Below, in pieces: positions 49,461-64,000 of a stretch of 64,000 bases of DNA; positions within the stretch are counted from its first letter, which is position 1, and each line of letters opens with the position of its first letter. The stretch comes from Antedon mediterranea (lineage: Eukaryota; Animalia; Echinodermata). The translations under genes and the position numbers were made by a program. Location of the stretch: assembly GCF_964355755.1 (NCBI RefSeq), contig NC_092676.1:9153888-9217887 (forward strand). Direction: 5' to 3'. The notes below the pieces were generated by a model. The model worked only from the letters and a program-made list of their open reading frames with translations, was not told the origin of the DNA and did not search any database.

Positions 49461-51022
49461 ATTAAACTCACTCACTCTCTTAACTATCTTTTAACTTCCC
49501 AGAGACGAGAAGTGTTTACACCTACTTGTTCATTCCTTGCAAGACATGCTTCCTGATGATGTCATCATCATGTCAACCCAATCACGTGTGTCCTCCGCAA
49601 GTAAAAACGCACTTGATGAACTAGAAAAGGAAATAACTACAAAACTTAAAATTCTAACCGCTCACAAATTTGATTACAAAGTGGAAAAAGTGAAAGATGA
49701 TAAAGAAAAAAAAACAAAATCTGTAGAAGAGTGGAGGAAAGAGTTTAGACAAGACAAGAATATTTCTTACAAAAAACGCTGCTTGCTTATTTTTATTGCT
49801 AAGGTCAAGTCTGGGGGGTCACTTCATCAAGCCTAGATACTTATCCTTTTACAAAAAAAAACTTCAATGGACTGTTTTGATAATAATTCAATGATTATCT
49901 GACAGTGAATTATAGTACCCATGTAATATCATGGGACTCATAAATACCAGAAATGCTTTGGGATTTGTTATTAGACTCTTTTCCCAGCCGTTTTTTTGGA
50001 TTCAATACCTATAAATTATAGTCGAGTTTCCATTTTAACAAAAATGTCAAAGTGTAGTATTATACTGCTGCTTGATTTCATCTAATGAATGAGTTATCTC
50101 GTATGACGTAGCGGGCTAGAGCAGCAGCGTGAAAAAACTTAAAGAAGTGGAATCTTAATAAAAGTGATTGTTGCAAAAAGTGTTGTATAGAAATAGAAAG
50201 TGAAAAACATATGTTGTACACCTGTAACAGCATTCAATCAGATTTGAGGAAGTTCCGTAAACTGATCGGTTAAATGTATTCCGACTAATGAAACATTACG
50301 GTCAGGTTTCCCCGAGTGGTAAGACATAATTATAGGAACTCAGAACACGCTTGTTAATGAACTCATCTCTTTATTTACATTTAGTATTTACAAATCTTGC
50401 ATTATTTATAAAACAAGCAAACGGATTATCACTTGGAATTTATTTAAGATAGAACTATTTAAAAAAATTTAATTAATAAAAGCAATATTATGTTCAAAAT
50501 GTAAAACTATACAATTTTATAAAAGTACCCAAACAAAACATAATCTTATAATGCAATATACCATTTTATCATATTTATTTATATTATATCGAAACTCTTT
50601 TTAATACTGAATATCAATCTTTATATCGTTTTAGCTCTGTAATATAAATTTTCTCTGTATACATGTTTGTTTTATCTAGACTTCAACACAATTTCAAAAT
50701 ATTTTACATAATCTTCCTCTGTCTGCGTAATATCACTTAAATATTCATTGATAAATAGATAGATAGACAGACATATATACTGTAACCTTCACCATATTGT
50801 TGTTTATCATTGCAATAAAAGTGGGTTGCCCCCACAAAAGAGAAAAAAAATATATATTGCTGAAATTAAGCCTCAATAAATAATATTGTTGAGAAGAGGA
50901 ACACATTTATACAGTATATAATTATATCCCATTTTCATGCATAAAGCAATAGTATCTGCCTCTGAAGCACCACCAACAAGATATTATTTTTTTAAAATAT
51001 ATCCCATGTATAAGCAATATTA

Positions 51023-54000
51023 TTATCTATCTGCCTCCGACGTCTCCAAGCACCATGAACAAGCATTTTGGAACATCTTCATCCACGGTGACGCTTGTAA
51101 TGTCTCCCGCCAATCTTGCGGCATCCATGGCCATTGCCACGTCAAAGTTGTACGCTCTGGATGAGGCATGATCGCCAGATGACGGCCATCTGCGGAGCAA
51201 ATTGCCGCTACGCCATTGGGTGAGCCATTGGGGTTCAACGGGTATTCAGTTGTCACTTCTCCTTTGTCATCGACAAAGCGCACTGGTGCAAGATTTTCAG
51301 ACAGAACTGTGTCTTTTGTTTCTTTGTTAGAAAACTTCATGTGCCCTAGAGAGAAACAATTTGAGTTGAGTAAATTTAATAACATTTTTAGTTAAATTAA
51401 AATATAAGTTTGTACTAAGCATCCATCATTATCAAGAGGTATCAATATCTAACCTTCTCCATGCTGTGTCCAGACACCAAGCACAGAGCCTTCCATTCCT
51501 TTCAGCATTAAAGCAGGGCTTTCATTAATCTTTACAGCAACAAAACGAGACTCAAAACGCTCGGAAAGATTATGAGCAAGATGGACTCCTTGCTGAGCTG
51601 ATGCTGCGTCTAAAAGACAATAACAAATAATTCATAATAAACAGTCTGTCAACAAATGGATATCAAAAAGTAGTTCATATTTTCTTTTTACTTGTCAAAG
51701 AGGCATTACATGCTTTACACCGGTGTCCTACTACCACTACACTACTTACTAAATATACCTCATGATACCTTACCTGTAGTAAGCTCCTTGGTGACATCTG
51801 GAGCAACCCAGCCTAGCAGGCCCATTAGTTGGCAGCCATTGCATACACCCAGTGAGAAAGTGTCTTTCCTTGCTCTAAATGCATCAAACTGAGCACGCAC
51901 AGCTGGGTTGAACAAAATAGTTGCTGCCCAACCTAAAATGATTAATAAACATTATTTAAATAAACTAGAATAAATATTTATTTAGGTTACTATCTGTCTA
52001 ATACTAGTATAATACTTGGTTACTGCTCCCGCATGTATTTTTGCTATGCTACAAAAAGTGCAATCAGAAAAGTATACCTTTTGCAGAACCACAAACGTCT
52101 GCAAAACTGAAGCCACCAACAAAAACTACTCCACGGAATTGATCGAGGGTGACTTTCCCGCAAGCTAAATCTTGCATATTGACGTCCCATGTTTCAAAGC
52201 CAGCCATGTGTAGTGTTGAACTCATCTCTCGATCTCCATTACTGCCTTCCTCACGGATCACAGCAACCTTTGGTTTCATTCCATCTATGGAAGGCCAATT
52301 ATGATTATGTATATGGTAACTAATGAGCCAAATTTAACTCGTATTACTTTAACAAATTAAAATTCAGAACAAGATAATCAATATTCCAAAATTGGTTCTA
52401 ACCTTTAGAGCATCCCTTTTTAACAGAATTCAAATTTGTTGCAACAGGGTCAAAGGTTAATTTAAATGGTGGTGCTGTTCTATTTGCTAAATTGCGTTGC
52501 TCCACTTCAACACACTCTGGATTTGCTTGTAGTTTTTCCAGTTGAAAACTAGTCTCTTCCCACACGTCTCTAAGAACAGTCATCTTTTCATTCAAGACTT
52601 CTTTCTCATTTACCGAGATGACAACCTATAATTTACATGTAAAATATTCAGATTCATTCTAAAAACCATCATAAATGATAAATGATCGTAAATAAATGTT
52701 CAAATATTGCTTCCATTTAAAAAAAACAAAAACTTACCATTGACCCTTGACCTGATCCACTAGAGTGACCAATTAGAGAACAAAGGACATTATTGTCACT
52801 GAACTGTCTACAAATGTCCTCACTAGCATTAGCTGTTACTTCTAACACCAGCCCTACTTCTTCAGCAAACAGAATATCAATTGCAGTTACTGAAAATAAA
52901 TATATAAAGTCTTACAATGTATTATTGCTTACCAGAGGTTCTGGAACTATATGAAAGATTAAAATGACACTTTACAGATCCATTCGAGGCATTTATAGAG
53001 ATAGCATAATGCTTACCATCAGGTTCGGAAAGTTTGACGTCAATACCACAATTCCCAGAAAACGCCATTTCTAATAATGTTGTTACAATACCGCCATCAC
53101 TAATATCATGACCAGCTGATATTTTTCTATCTACAAAAGGATACAAAAGACAAAGTTGAATTCATATCTCTAAAGCTCTGTCTACACTATCAAACTTTAT
53201 GTGATGTGATATGTCCATATATGGACATGATATCATATCACTACCATTTTTGGGAATTTCACTACCCTATTTAGGCGCATCACATTTTTTTGTCAAACTA
53301 GTTTGATAGTGTAGACAGCGCTTTATATTATAACTACAAGTAAATGAATTTATTGTAAACGTCTAATTAATAAGTCTATGAAAATGACTACCTTTGATAA
53401 GATTTTGCGTTGTGTTGAAAGCCCTTACAAACGTTTCCGGTTCATCGAGATCAGGCGAGGATTGTCCGAGTTGATTATAGCACTGAGCGAGGGCACTACC
53501 ACCTAACCGGTTATGCCTTTTACCAAATGAAACCCAGAGCAAAGTCCCTGAAATAGAATATGTAAAGTCTTGTTTATAAATATATTATATTTTTTGTTTG
53601 TTTAGGTAGTTAATTTAATTGTACCTAACAAAATGTGCAATGTTATATTCACTTTACCTTTACTGTCTGGACATTTAAGGTCAGGGGTCACAGTTGCAGT
53701 AATATCTGGGCATGCCACATACACAGACACAACCAATGCACCTAAAAAATTGTAATTGATATTTCATTATTAGTAAGTAAATGGAGTAAAGAAGTGTATT
53801 AGTGTATTCAAGCTTAACTTATTAAAATAATTCACAATATTGTACATCAGACTCTATACTAGTTATTAACAAGCATGAAATGTCTAACCTGGAGCTTTGA
53901 TCGTTTCAGAGCCTATCCTGGCAGCCATACTCAAAGAGTCCTTCCCACCATCCACAGCAACACCCAACTTGCCCATCACCTCGCACATAGCCTCGCATGC

Positions 54001-57000
54001 ATCATACAATGCAGCACCCTCACCAGGAAGCTTCGCTGGCCACATCCAGTTACCGCTACATTTGACATCTTTAAGATCGGAGACCCTAGCAAACACAAGA
54101 TTGGTAAGGGCTTCTCCTACAGACATCCTGGCACCACAGCCAGGATCGACTAACCCTTTAATAGGCTGCTCTCCAATGGCTGTAGCTGAGCCTACAGTTT
54201 CAAAGTGGGAGAGTGCGATAACAGCAACATCAGCGAGTGGTGTGTGCAGGGGGCCTACACATTGCTGCTGGGCTATCAGGCCCGTGACAGCACGATCAAC
54301 CTAACAGAAACAATATATCCTGGTTATACACTTTCCATATTCCTTCACACAAATAAATTATGCAATATTAAAGATAAACAGATCTTTACCTTATTAGTCA
54401 AAAATCTTTTACTGGCTACTGAAGGTAGACGCAGAACACGGTCGAGTGCACATCGGACAGTCAACCCATCAGGTAGTGTTAACTGCTTAAGTTTTGGTTT
54501 ACATCGATCATACTTGAAAACCTGAGAGAAAAAAAAATATAATTCTATATAATTTTACAGACAGAAAGAGACACTATTATTATAACACATAATTATTTTC
54601 AATGGTTATTTATGATGAAATCTGTGAGATTGAGAAAAGGTGACCTCAGCTGAGATTTGAACCTGGAATCTTCTGCTTGATATGCAGACATACTACCATT
54701 ACACCACTGATGCATTCATGGTATGGTTCAAACTTATTACCGACACTACTCTACTATCAAGTCTCCATCATACCTTTTGCGGCATCTTCCCAAGAACCCA
54801 TTCAAGTTGGAGATCAACTGGATAAGTAAGTGCTGTTCTTTTTATGCTTGGAGGTTCTGCATCACCCTTACCAGCTTCCACTTTCTTTTCCACCTCAAGA
54901 CGAATCTGAAACAAAACAAAATATTTTTGTATTGCAAAACTCTTATGCACTCTATCTGTGCATGAAAAGGCATTCTTCAAAATTAGTAACACTGTAGTAT
55001 TTAAATGCGTTTTTTCATACTTATCCCACAGTAAGCACAAACTTGCCAATTACAGGATGGATAAAATATTTTATAGTTTATCGTGCTTATAAACTAAGTT
55101 TTATTTCAGGCTTAGGGAGTGAAGTTGAAAGAGTCGTGAGTTACAACCCTTGACCTTGATTGAACCCTTGACCTTGGAATTGGAAGGCAAGCATGTTAAA
55201 CCACCAAGCAACAGCTCCACTAAAAAAATTTAGAATAAAGTAGGTAAAAAAAATCATCCAAATATTACCTTCCCATCACCTGTAATGTCACCAACAAAAA
55301 CAGCTGGACATTTCTCTCTGTCACAAATATCTTGAAGTTTTTCTTGATCCTCAGATCGTATTAGTATGGCATTGGACTCCTGGTATTCTGCACCCCATAG
55401 TTCTAAGGTGTTGATGGTTGGATCACCTAGTTGGAATTCCTTAGCTTTTATTAGAGCACCTGCAGGTTCACATATCTCCTTTAAAACATTACCTGTACAC
55501 AAAAAAATGATTTAATTGGTCAGATGTTAGCCATAGTTTGACATAAAAATAAGTACATTTGTCTGACAAAGTGTCCCCTTAATAGGGATGTCCCAAATGA
55601 GGGGTGCTACTGTACTTAGTAAAATAATAAAAATAAGCACATTGCATGCAAACTCACCATTGCCTCCAGCTCCTTGATCATGTATACTACATATAGGGTT
55701 TGTATCAACCATCTCAATGCACGCCCTTATAACTCGGTTTAGTTTCTGTTCCATCTCCGCATCACCGCGCTGCACGGCTTCGAAGTCCAGTTTTTCTGTA
55801 TTGTCACCTTGAACTTGAATGGAAGATGCAGCGCCCCCACCGACTCCGATGCGATAGATTGGTCCACCAAGTTTTACAATTTTCATTCCTGCATGGTAAA
55901 CAATTATTGATCAGTCAATAATTAGTTTTCAATGGAGAAATAAAAACAAAATATTTTATCAGGTTACTATAATCTTATTTTATATGACAGACATATAATA
56001 TCTATGTGGAGACAACAATAATAAGAAGTACAGTATTTTTTATGGTGTTGTATTTAGTTTGTTTAACAAACCTTTTTCTGCTTCGTCTTTAGTCGCATGC
56101 ATACTCTCAAGCATCCCAATACCCCCGCTGAACATAATGGGCTTGACCCACTCTCTTCTGTCGCTCTCAGTAAGCATCATGCCAAATGAACGAGAGAAAC
56201 CGGTTAGAACGGGTTCACCAAACTTGTTGCCGTAGTCAGATGCACCGTTGCTGGCCTCTACAGCAACCGACAGAGCAGGCGCCATGTTGCTAGGATAAAC
56301 CATATTTTTGTCCTCCCATGGAAGGTCATACCCTGTTTAAACAAATGTTCAATCAATGATAATAAATAATTAATTACACTGAATATATAACATTTATAAA
56401 AAGCAAAATTATGTAATTAAGCAAGCAATTATGCCTGTTCACTGCATGCGTTACTTAATATCTTTCATCCCATACTCTATTTATACATATAAGTGCCAGT
56501 AAATGAATATCTTTTAATTGTTGTTACTTTGCAAATCTTTGATAAGGTTTATCCTTTATATTTGTATATTTGTTATGTTTTATTTTCTGTTATATTTGTA
56601 TTTATTTTGATTTTTGAGCGAGTAAAGTCTGACATCAATTTTCATAAGGACTACAAAATCTAATTTTTAGATTTATATAATTTACCTGGAATGTTCAAAT
56701 TTCCAAAACAGTAGCCTGCAGTGCCAGCCACTACATGTGCCCCCTTCCCTGCAGCCTGAACATCACGTATCCTACCCCCAGTACCAGTTGTAGCCCCTGG
56801 GAAAGGTGCAACCCCAGTTGGAAAGTTATGGGTCTCTGCTGTGAAGATGATATGCCTGAGTGGTTCAGATTCCTCCATCACACTTGCTGACCCGGGATTG
56901 GCTGGTTTGAGAACTTTGACCTTATGGCCTTTGATTGCACTGAAAATCAAGTAAAGTCATCAAAGTGAGAAAAAACAGTATAGGTTCATTGACAACATTT

Positions 57001-59758
57001 AAAGCTCTGTCTGTCCCCAAATATGGTAGTGATATGACATCATCATATCCATATATGGGCACATCACATTTTTTTACATAAAAGTTGATAGTGTAGACAG
57101 AGCTTTAGGCAATACTTTGTGGTTCAACAAAATGTGAATAAATATCATTTACGATGGAAATTATGCCTGTAGTATTTTATGGGCTATTTCATGACACCCT
57201 CTAGAACTAATAATTTCAGGTATAATGCCTAATTCTGTCCAGCACAACAAGATTTATACAAGAGTCATAGACACCATTCCAGTGAACTATATCGTGATTC
57301 GATTCGGAAAATATGGATATAAATATAAAAGCCACGTAAAATGTTAAGATACCTGCTGTTATCCGAGAATTTAATGACGTTGTTATCATTGCTGGTAGCT
57401 TGCGTTGACATCACCATCTTGAATAAAGAATGATCTTTTTCTTCTCCATCGATTACCATCTTACCCTTAAAAAACCAATGACGACTATGCTCACTAGAAA
57501 GAAGACAGAAAGCAAGAAAAAACCATTTGTGGGAATATTTTCAGGAATTTCTAAATACAGTAATGAAAGCTGAGAAATGTTGCATAGATGAAAAGAATTT
57601 AAGTAAAGAATGGTCTATGTCTTAGGATTATCCATGGTTACAAATACTATTTTACTTTATTTTAGGCTAGAAGGCAAATAGACAATGCCACAATTGTTTT
57701 TCACCTGTTTTTTTTTTCAGGTATATATTGAGGCAGATGGTATCTTTGTTCTTTTTGACTGTTTTACTTCATTTACTTTATTTTTACCTCATTTTGATTT
57801 AGCTATTTAGCATATTCTATTTATATCTCTATCCAATCACTGATAAACTCACAGCATTGCAATATTGTATTTTCAATAATTTAGGTTTGTATTAAATAAA
57901 GATATTACTTTTACAAGACAGTAAAGAATGTAAATAAATATTCATGACCATCATTCACAGATGGTAAAACTTCATGCGACTAAAACTAAAGTGCTTTGTA
58001 CCTGTTAGACTGAGCCAAGTCAAAGAGTTCAACACTTGTTGGATTCCGTTTAACCTTTTCAATAAACATGTTGGTGTAAAAGTCTATGTCCCACGTATCA
58101 AAGGCAAGTCCTGCAGTAAGAATAATACAAAATGTTTATAATGCAATATTAATAATAGAAATCTTCATCAACCATTTATTGGTCATGATAAGCTTTGGTT
58201 TATAAATTCAATAACAATGAATTCTTAAATGAACAATGTATCCACAGACCGATTAAATAATTACTGTACAGTAATATTAACTGGTTACTAGAACACACTT
58301 AAAAGAATATGAAATCATGTTGGATGTTAAGCTAAATGTAATGTTAAAGACCTATTCCCTACAATTTTTGCCTTGTCTTTTCTGTTTTATGGTAAATTAT
58401 GATAAAAAGAAAGAAACAATACACATGCACAATGCATGTTATGATTTATAGAAAGTCTCTAAATGATTAGAATCAATTTATTTTTCAAATTTTTAACAGT
58501 TTTAAAGACGAAAAAGTTATCGCATACATATTTATTTTTACATTAAATGTAGTTTGTGACCTATAATTAGATCTAAAAACGTAGGAAATGGGACTTTAAT
58601 CATAATATAATGATATACAGTATCAACACAAAGTTACCTATATTAATTTTAAAGTTAAGTTAATAATAGAAAAAACTGAAATAGAATTAAAAAACACAGG
58701 AGTTTAACACAGTTCAAAGATCATCTATACTTGGGAAACATGATTGAGAGTACTACAATCACCTAATTCTTTGTTTGCCTTTTCCAGAGCAACTTTTCCT
58801 TCACCTATAACATCAATTTCAAAGACTTCTTCTGGTTTAGCTTTAATTTCAAAGCTGCTGATTGGTTCGTGGTAGCGACATTCCGTCATACGATCGTGAA
58901 GTACGGCTACCAGTAGCTTCTCTTCCTCGGGGCTGATAGACGCAGCAATGCCATGATCGTCGGCTACGTTTATAAGATAGCGAATAGAACGCTCAATACG
59001 AGTCACATGGTTGATTCCAGCCGATTGGCAGATTGAGACGGCATTTGTTGACCAGGCCGTAGAGAAGTTCAACCTGTGTGTATAAAAATTAAACTTATTA
59101 TATCATATACAGTAGATAGTGTAATGTAATGTCCATGATATTAAATATACAGTCAACATATTCTGCCATGCATGTTTATGCCCACCTTTCTTAATTTATG
59201 CCTATTACCTTATTGAACAACAAAAATTATGACTTTTACTTTTTCAGATATTACCTACCGAATAACAAAACATACAGTATTATTTATTAATACTTATTCT
59301 CAACTGAAACCGACACTAACACTGTACGACTAGACAAGAAGGGTAATTTGTTAATTAAAAAACATTTTCTGACCTAGGCCCAATTTCAATCAGAAGTCCA
59401 TCAGGTTCTTGATCATCTTCAACTATGATTGACTTGGTCAGCAGACTAAATTCTTCAAAAGGGGTACCTAAGATCCATTGTATTTTCTTCTGTTCTTCAC
59501 CACTGAGTCAATCTATGAAAATAATACACAGTTTAATTGACATTTTCAAAATAATATTAGTTTGGCAAAACAATTTATTAAAATTTAAATTAGAAAGGAA
59601 GAGTACCTACCTCCGTTTACTTCCACATTAAAACAAATTTCCGTTTTTAAATCTTGCAATTTAGAATTTTCCAACTGCTTTGCTAATTTCTTCCACAAAA
59701 CATTTGAAGCCCCTGGGAGTAATGCCGGACTTTTATAAAACCGAGTAATGATAGTCAT
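51023..59758 (-). CDS. PFAS: PFAS / FGAM synthase (large PurL type) copy 3, apparently intact, ~21 coding exons
   Basis: ATG at 59758, stop at 51023. Retains [10 protein letters not shown], the full exon deleted in copy 1 and the canonical acceptor. Glutaminase Cys (GVCNG) and His/Glu (PHPER) motifs are present. No lesion seen by eye. Confidence 0.92.
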
Positions 59759-60556
59759 ATTCTTTAAAAAAATAAATTATTAAATATTAGATCTATATTA
59801 TTTTATATATTATTATTTATTATTATTGATGTTTACACTAAAAAAGTATAACTATAAAGTATATGACTTATAATAATAATAATAATAAGCTTTATTTAAT
59901 CACGGATACTTAACTTCAACTGAAAGTTGTTTTTCAGTAAGACCGTGTTTAAAGGAAAACACCAACAAAAATAAATGTAAAAAGACCTTAATTACTATCA
60001 AAAGAGATAAAAAAACAAAAAAACAATTACAATGAAATAAAATGAACCAAGGGTACACTTACTAACTATAAAATTAAATAATACACTACATTTAAATAAA
60101 GCTACATGAAATTAGCAGTTAACAGTTTCTTAAAAAGAGAGACACTGTTCACATTTTTAATATCTTCATTTAGCTCATTCCTAACCTTGGCACCTCTATA
60201 TGATAAGCTACGTTTTTGGTTTTGGTACTATTAAATTTGCCTTAGTTCTAATATTATAGTAATTGTTTTTGATATTGAATTTATTTTTATTAAATATGGA
60301 GGTGCAAGGTTGTTCATAATCTTAAACATAACAATAGCTTCATTTACATATAATATTTCATCTAAGTTCATCCAATTTAGACTTTGTAGAGCTTGAGTAC
60401 TAGAGTGATCTGTAATTCGCGTAGCTTCAGAGTCGATGTGGCAAGGTTAGATGGTGGTTGTTGTACGGTATCACCAAGCACATCAAACGTGTTACTTGAG
60501 ATTGTGCTAATGCCATTTTGTTTACAGTATAGATTAGGTTTAGATACAAACTTTTT

Positions 60557-62219
60557 GGGTATTGCTAAACTGCGCAAACAACAACAAAAGCTGCGCAAAC
60601 CTCCTTCAAAACAATTATTATTGATTAGAACACAACTAGAACTATATAGGGAGACAATTTATGGGAAAAAGAATTTAAAATTCCTTTAAGTTTGCCTTTT
60701 TTTGGGTGAAAAACTTCAATTTTTGGGAAAATTACTGATTTAACAGCGCAAAGAACAAAAAAAGCTGCGCAAACCTCTCTCAAAACAATTAATATTGATA
60801 GAACACAACTAGAACTATATAGTGAGACAATTTATGAAGAAAAAAATTGAAATTCCTTTAAGTTTGCCTTTTTTTGGGTGAAAAACTTCAATTTTTGGGA
60901 AAATTACTGATTTCACAGCGCAAACAACAAAAAAAGCTGCGCAAACCTCCTTTAAATCAATTAATATTGATTAGATAACAACTAGAACTATATAGGGAGA
61001 CAATTTATGGGAAAACAAATTTGAATTTCCTTTGAGTTTGCCTTTTTTTGGGTGAAAAACTTCAATTTTTGGGAAAATTACTGATTTCACAGCGCAAACC
61101 CCCAAAAAAGCTGCGCAAACCTCCTTCAAAACAATTAATATTGATAGAACACAACTAGAACTATATAAGGAGACAATTTATGGGGAAAAAAATTGAAATT
61201 CCTTTAAGTTTGCCTTTTTTTGGGTGAAAAACTTCAATCTTTGGGAAAATTACTGATTTCACACCACAAACAACAAAAAAAGCTGCAAAACCTCCTTCAA
61301 AACAATTAATATTGATAGAACACAACTAGAACTATATAGGGAGACAATTTATGGGAAAAAAATTGAAATTCCTTTAAGTTTGCTTTTTTTTTGGTGAAAA
61401 ACTTCAATTTTTGGGAAAATTACTTATTTCACAGCGCAAACAAAAAAAAAAGCTGCGCAAACCTCCTTTAAATCAATTAATATTGATAGATAACAACTAA
61501 ACTATATAGGGAGACAATTTATGGGAAAACAAATTTGAAATTCCTTCAAGTTTGCCTTTTTTGGGTTAAAAACTATTAATGTTAAGTAAACTTAAAGGAA
61601 TTTCAAATTTGTTTTCCCATAAATTGTTTCCCTATATAGTTCTAGTTGTGTTCTATCAATATTAATTGATTTAAAGGAGGTTTGCGCAGCTTTTTTTGTT
61701 GTTTGTGCTGTGAAATCAATAATTTTCCCAAAAATTGAAGTTTTTCACCCAAAAAAAAGAAAACTTAAAGGAATTTCAAATTTGTTTTCCCATAAATTGT
61801 CTCTTTATATAGTTCTAGTTGTTATCTAATCAATATTAATTGATTTAAAGGAGGTTTGCGCAGCTTTTTTTTTAGGTTTGCGCTGTGAAATCAGTAATTT
61901 TCCCAAAAATTGAACTTTTTACCCAAAAAAAGGCAAACTTAAAGGAATTTGAAATTTTTTTCCCATAAATTGTCTCCCTATATAGGTCTAGTTGTGTTTT
62001 AATCAATATTAATTGATTTAAAGGAGGTTTGCGCAGCTTTTTTTGGAGGTTTGCGCTGTGAAATCAGTAATTTTCCCAAAAATTGAAGTTTTTCACCCAA
62101 AAAAAGTCAAACTTAAAGGAATTTTATATTTTTTCCCCATAAATTGTCTCCCTATATAGGTCTAGTTGTGTTTTAATCAATATTAATTTTTTTGTTGTTT
62201 GCGCAGTTTAGCAATACCC
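60557..62219. mobile_element. Foldback element, unit 3 copy
   Basis: Matches the unit 2 copy at offset 21492. Confidence 0.9.
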
Positions 62220-64000
62220 AACTTTTTAGGTAGTTCAAATTCAGGTTCACTTGCAATATTCTGTAAACTAAGAATTTGTTGCTCAAGAGACCAGTTTCTT
62301 TCACTCATTTCTTTAAAAGCTTTACTAAGGTGAACAAAATTTGAATGGATTTCTTGAATTAGTGTAGCTGTTGTTTTAATTCAGAAACTTTCTCATCAGT
62401 TTGCTTTATTTTCAGCTTTAGTGATGGGATCTGGTCCCATTATTTAGGTGTTTGAGTTGAACAATCAATTGCTTTCACAAACTCAGAGGATTTACAATTC
62501 TGACTGTAATCGTTGAGTGTTATTTCTTCAATTAACGGCGCTGTTCCAATATTTAGCTCGTCTTTTTTTATTTCCTTTCATAATCATAGCTTAATTTTCT
62601 GAATAGATCAATATTATCAGGAGTCGATGTTTCAAATGCAAGCCTATCAAAATGACTTCTAAGTTCATCATATGCAAAGCCATAAAAGCTAGAGTTTGTT
62701 GTATCTAGAATGCTTGGAGCTTTTATATGACCATAGCTAGGCCACTGGTTTTCCATTGTTAGCTTTGTTTGAAATTGGGCGGAAAAAGCTTGTGTACTTA
62801 CTTGAACAATAGAAAGCTGGTGTATCAATTGTTCTTGCTTGAGCCTAAGATCCTCAACATGAAAAAACACTTAATATCCTGCTTATAATATTGACTTTGA
62901 CAATAAAAATTACATCTCCGTGTTGAGAAAATAACAGTTTAGACAATTTATCAGTCACTAGGTGGTAGAAAGTTGAAAACTATTTTATGGAGAAGATTTT
63001 TCAATAGCTTTTTTCAAGAGCTTCTTGGCTTGGCTAAGTCGAAACTGGTTTTAATTAATTAATTTTATCCTAAAAAAGTACAAGATTGCCCATATATTAT
63101 TAGGCTATCTAGGACCAGGTTCTTTCTATGAATATAGGCTAGGCTATATTTATATGTAACTCGGCGTTTACGCCAAAAAAACATGAGCCTGGTTTTTATT
63201 TAGTAGGCCTAGCCTAGTCGACAACATCATTCCCGCACTTTCATCGTTCATTTTATAAGTTGTCCGTCCTAAATAAGGGCCTAGCTAGGCTTACCTAGCC
63301 CATTAAGCCTAGCCTAAATTGTAGTCATCAGAAAGAGCACTAATAAAAAAAACAGATGCACAATAAGTAATCACAAACTCAGAGGATTTACAATTCCGAC
63401 TGTAATCGTTGAGTGTTATTTTTTCAATTAACGGCGCTGTTTCAATATTTAGCTCGTCTTTTTTTATTTCCTTTCATAATCATAGCTTAATTTTCTGAAT
63501 AGATCAATATTATCAGGAGTCGATGTTTCAAATGCAAGCCTATCAAAATGACTTCTAAGTTCATCATATGCAAAGCCATAAAAGCTAGAGTTTGTTATAT
63601 CTAGAATGCTTGGAGCTTTTATATGACCATAGCTAGGCCACTGGTTTTCCATTGTTAGCTTTGTTTGAAATTGGGCGGAAAAAGCTTGTGTACTTACTTG
63701 AACAATAGAAAGCTGGTGTATCAATTGTTCTTGCTTGAGCCTAAGATCCTCAACATGAAAAAACACTTAATATCCTGCTTATAATATTGACTTTGACAAT
63801 AAAAATTACATCTCCATGTTGAGAAAACAACAGTTTAGACAATTTATCAGTCACTAGGTGGTAGAAAGTTGAAAACTATTTTATGGAGAAGATTTTTCAA
63901 TAGCTTTTTTCAAGAGCTTCTTGGCTTGGCTAAGTCGAAACTGGTTTTAATTAATTAATTTTATCCTAAAAAAGTACAAGATTGCCCATATATTATTAGG

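Larger units (their letters stand above)
45564..64000. repeat. Tandem segmental duplication unit 3 (truncated by window end)
   Basis: Colinear with units 1 and 2; constant offset of 21492 from unit 2 over ~37.2-42.5 kb. Confidence 0.97.

Overview
AT-rich animal (invertebrate-type) genomic DNA made entirely of a tandem array of a 21-24 kb unit: unit 1 = 1-24103, unit 2 = 24104-45563, unit 3 = 45564-64000 (runs off the window). These boundaries are only a register set by the window start. Each unit carries a minus-strand, ~21-coding-exon PFAS (FGAM synthase, large PurL type) gene. Copy 3 looks intact. Copy 1 has a 38-bp frameshifting exon deletion. Copy 2 has an AG>GG splice-acceptor mutation and an E>K change. 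Copies 1 and 2 share a 4-aa deletion. Intergenic and intronic DNA is nested transposon debris: a Gypsy integrase remnant, an LTR with PPT, a Tx1/L1 3' end, an internally deleted CR1/L2-like LINE interrupted by a foldback element built from 173-bp repeats, Kolobok- and Harbinger-like MITEs and tRNA-derived heads. Comparing units exposes filled and empty sites. A 3.7-kb P-like element in unit 1 is reduced to a 32-bp (15+17 nt) footprint in unit 2. Other 32-bp CATAG...CTATG footprints carry 7-bp TSDs. TA>TAGGCCTA micro-insertions recur, and both foldback arms changed in concert. All comparisons were made by eye, and no novel protein-coding system was found.
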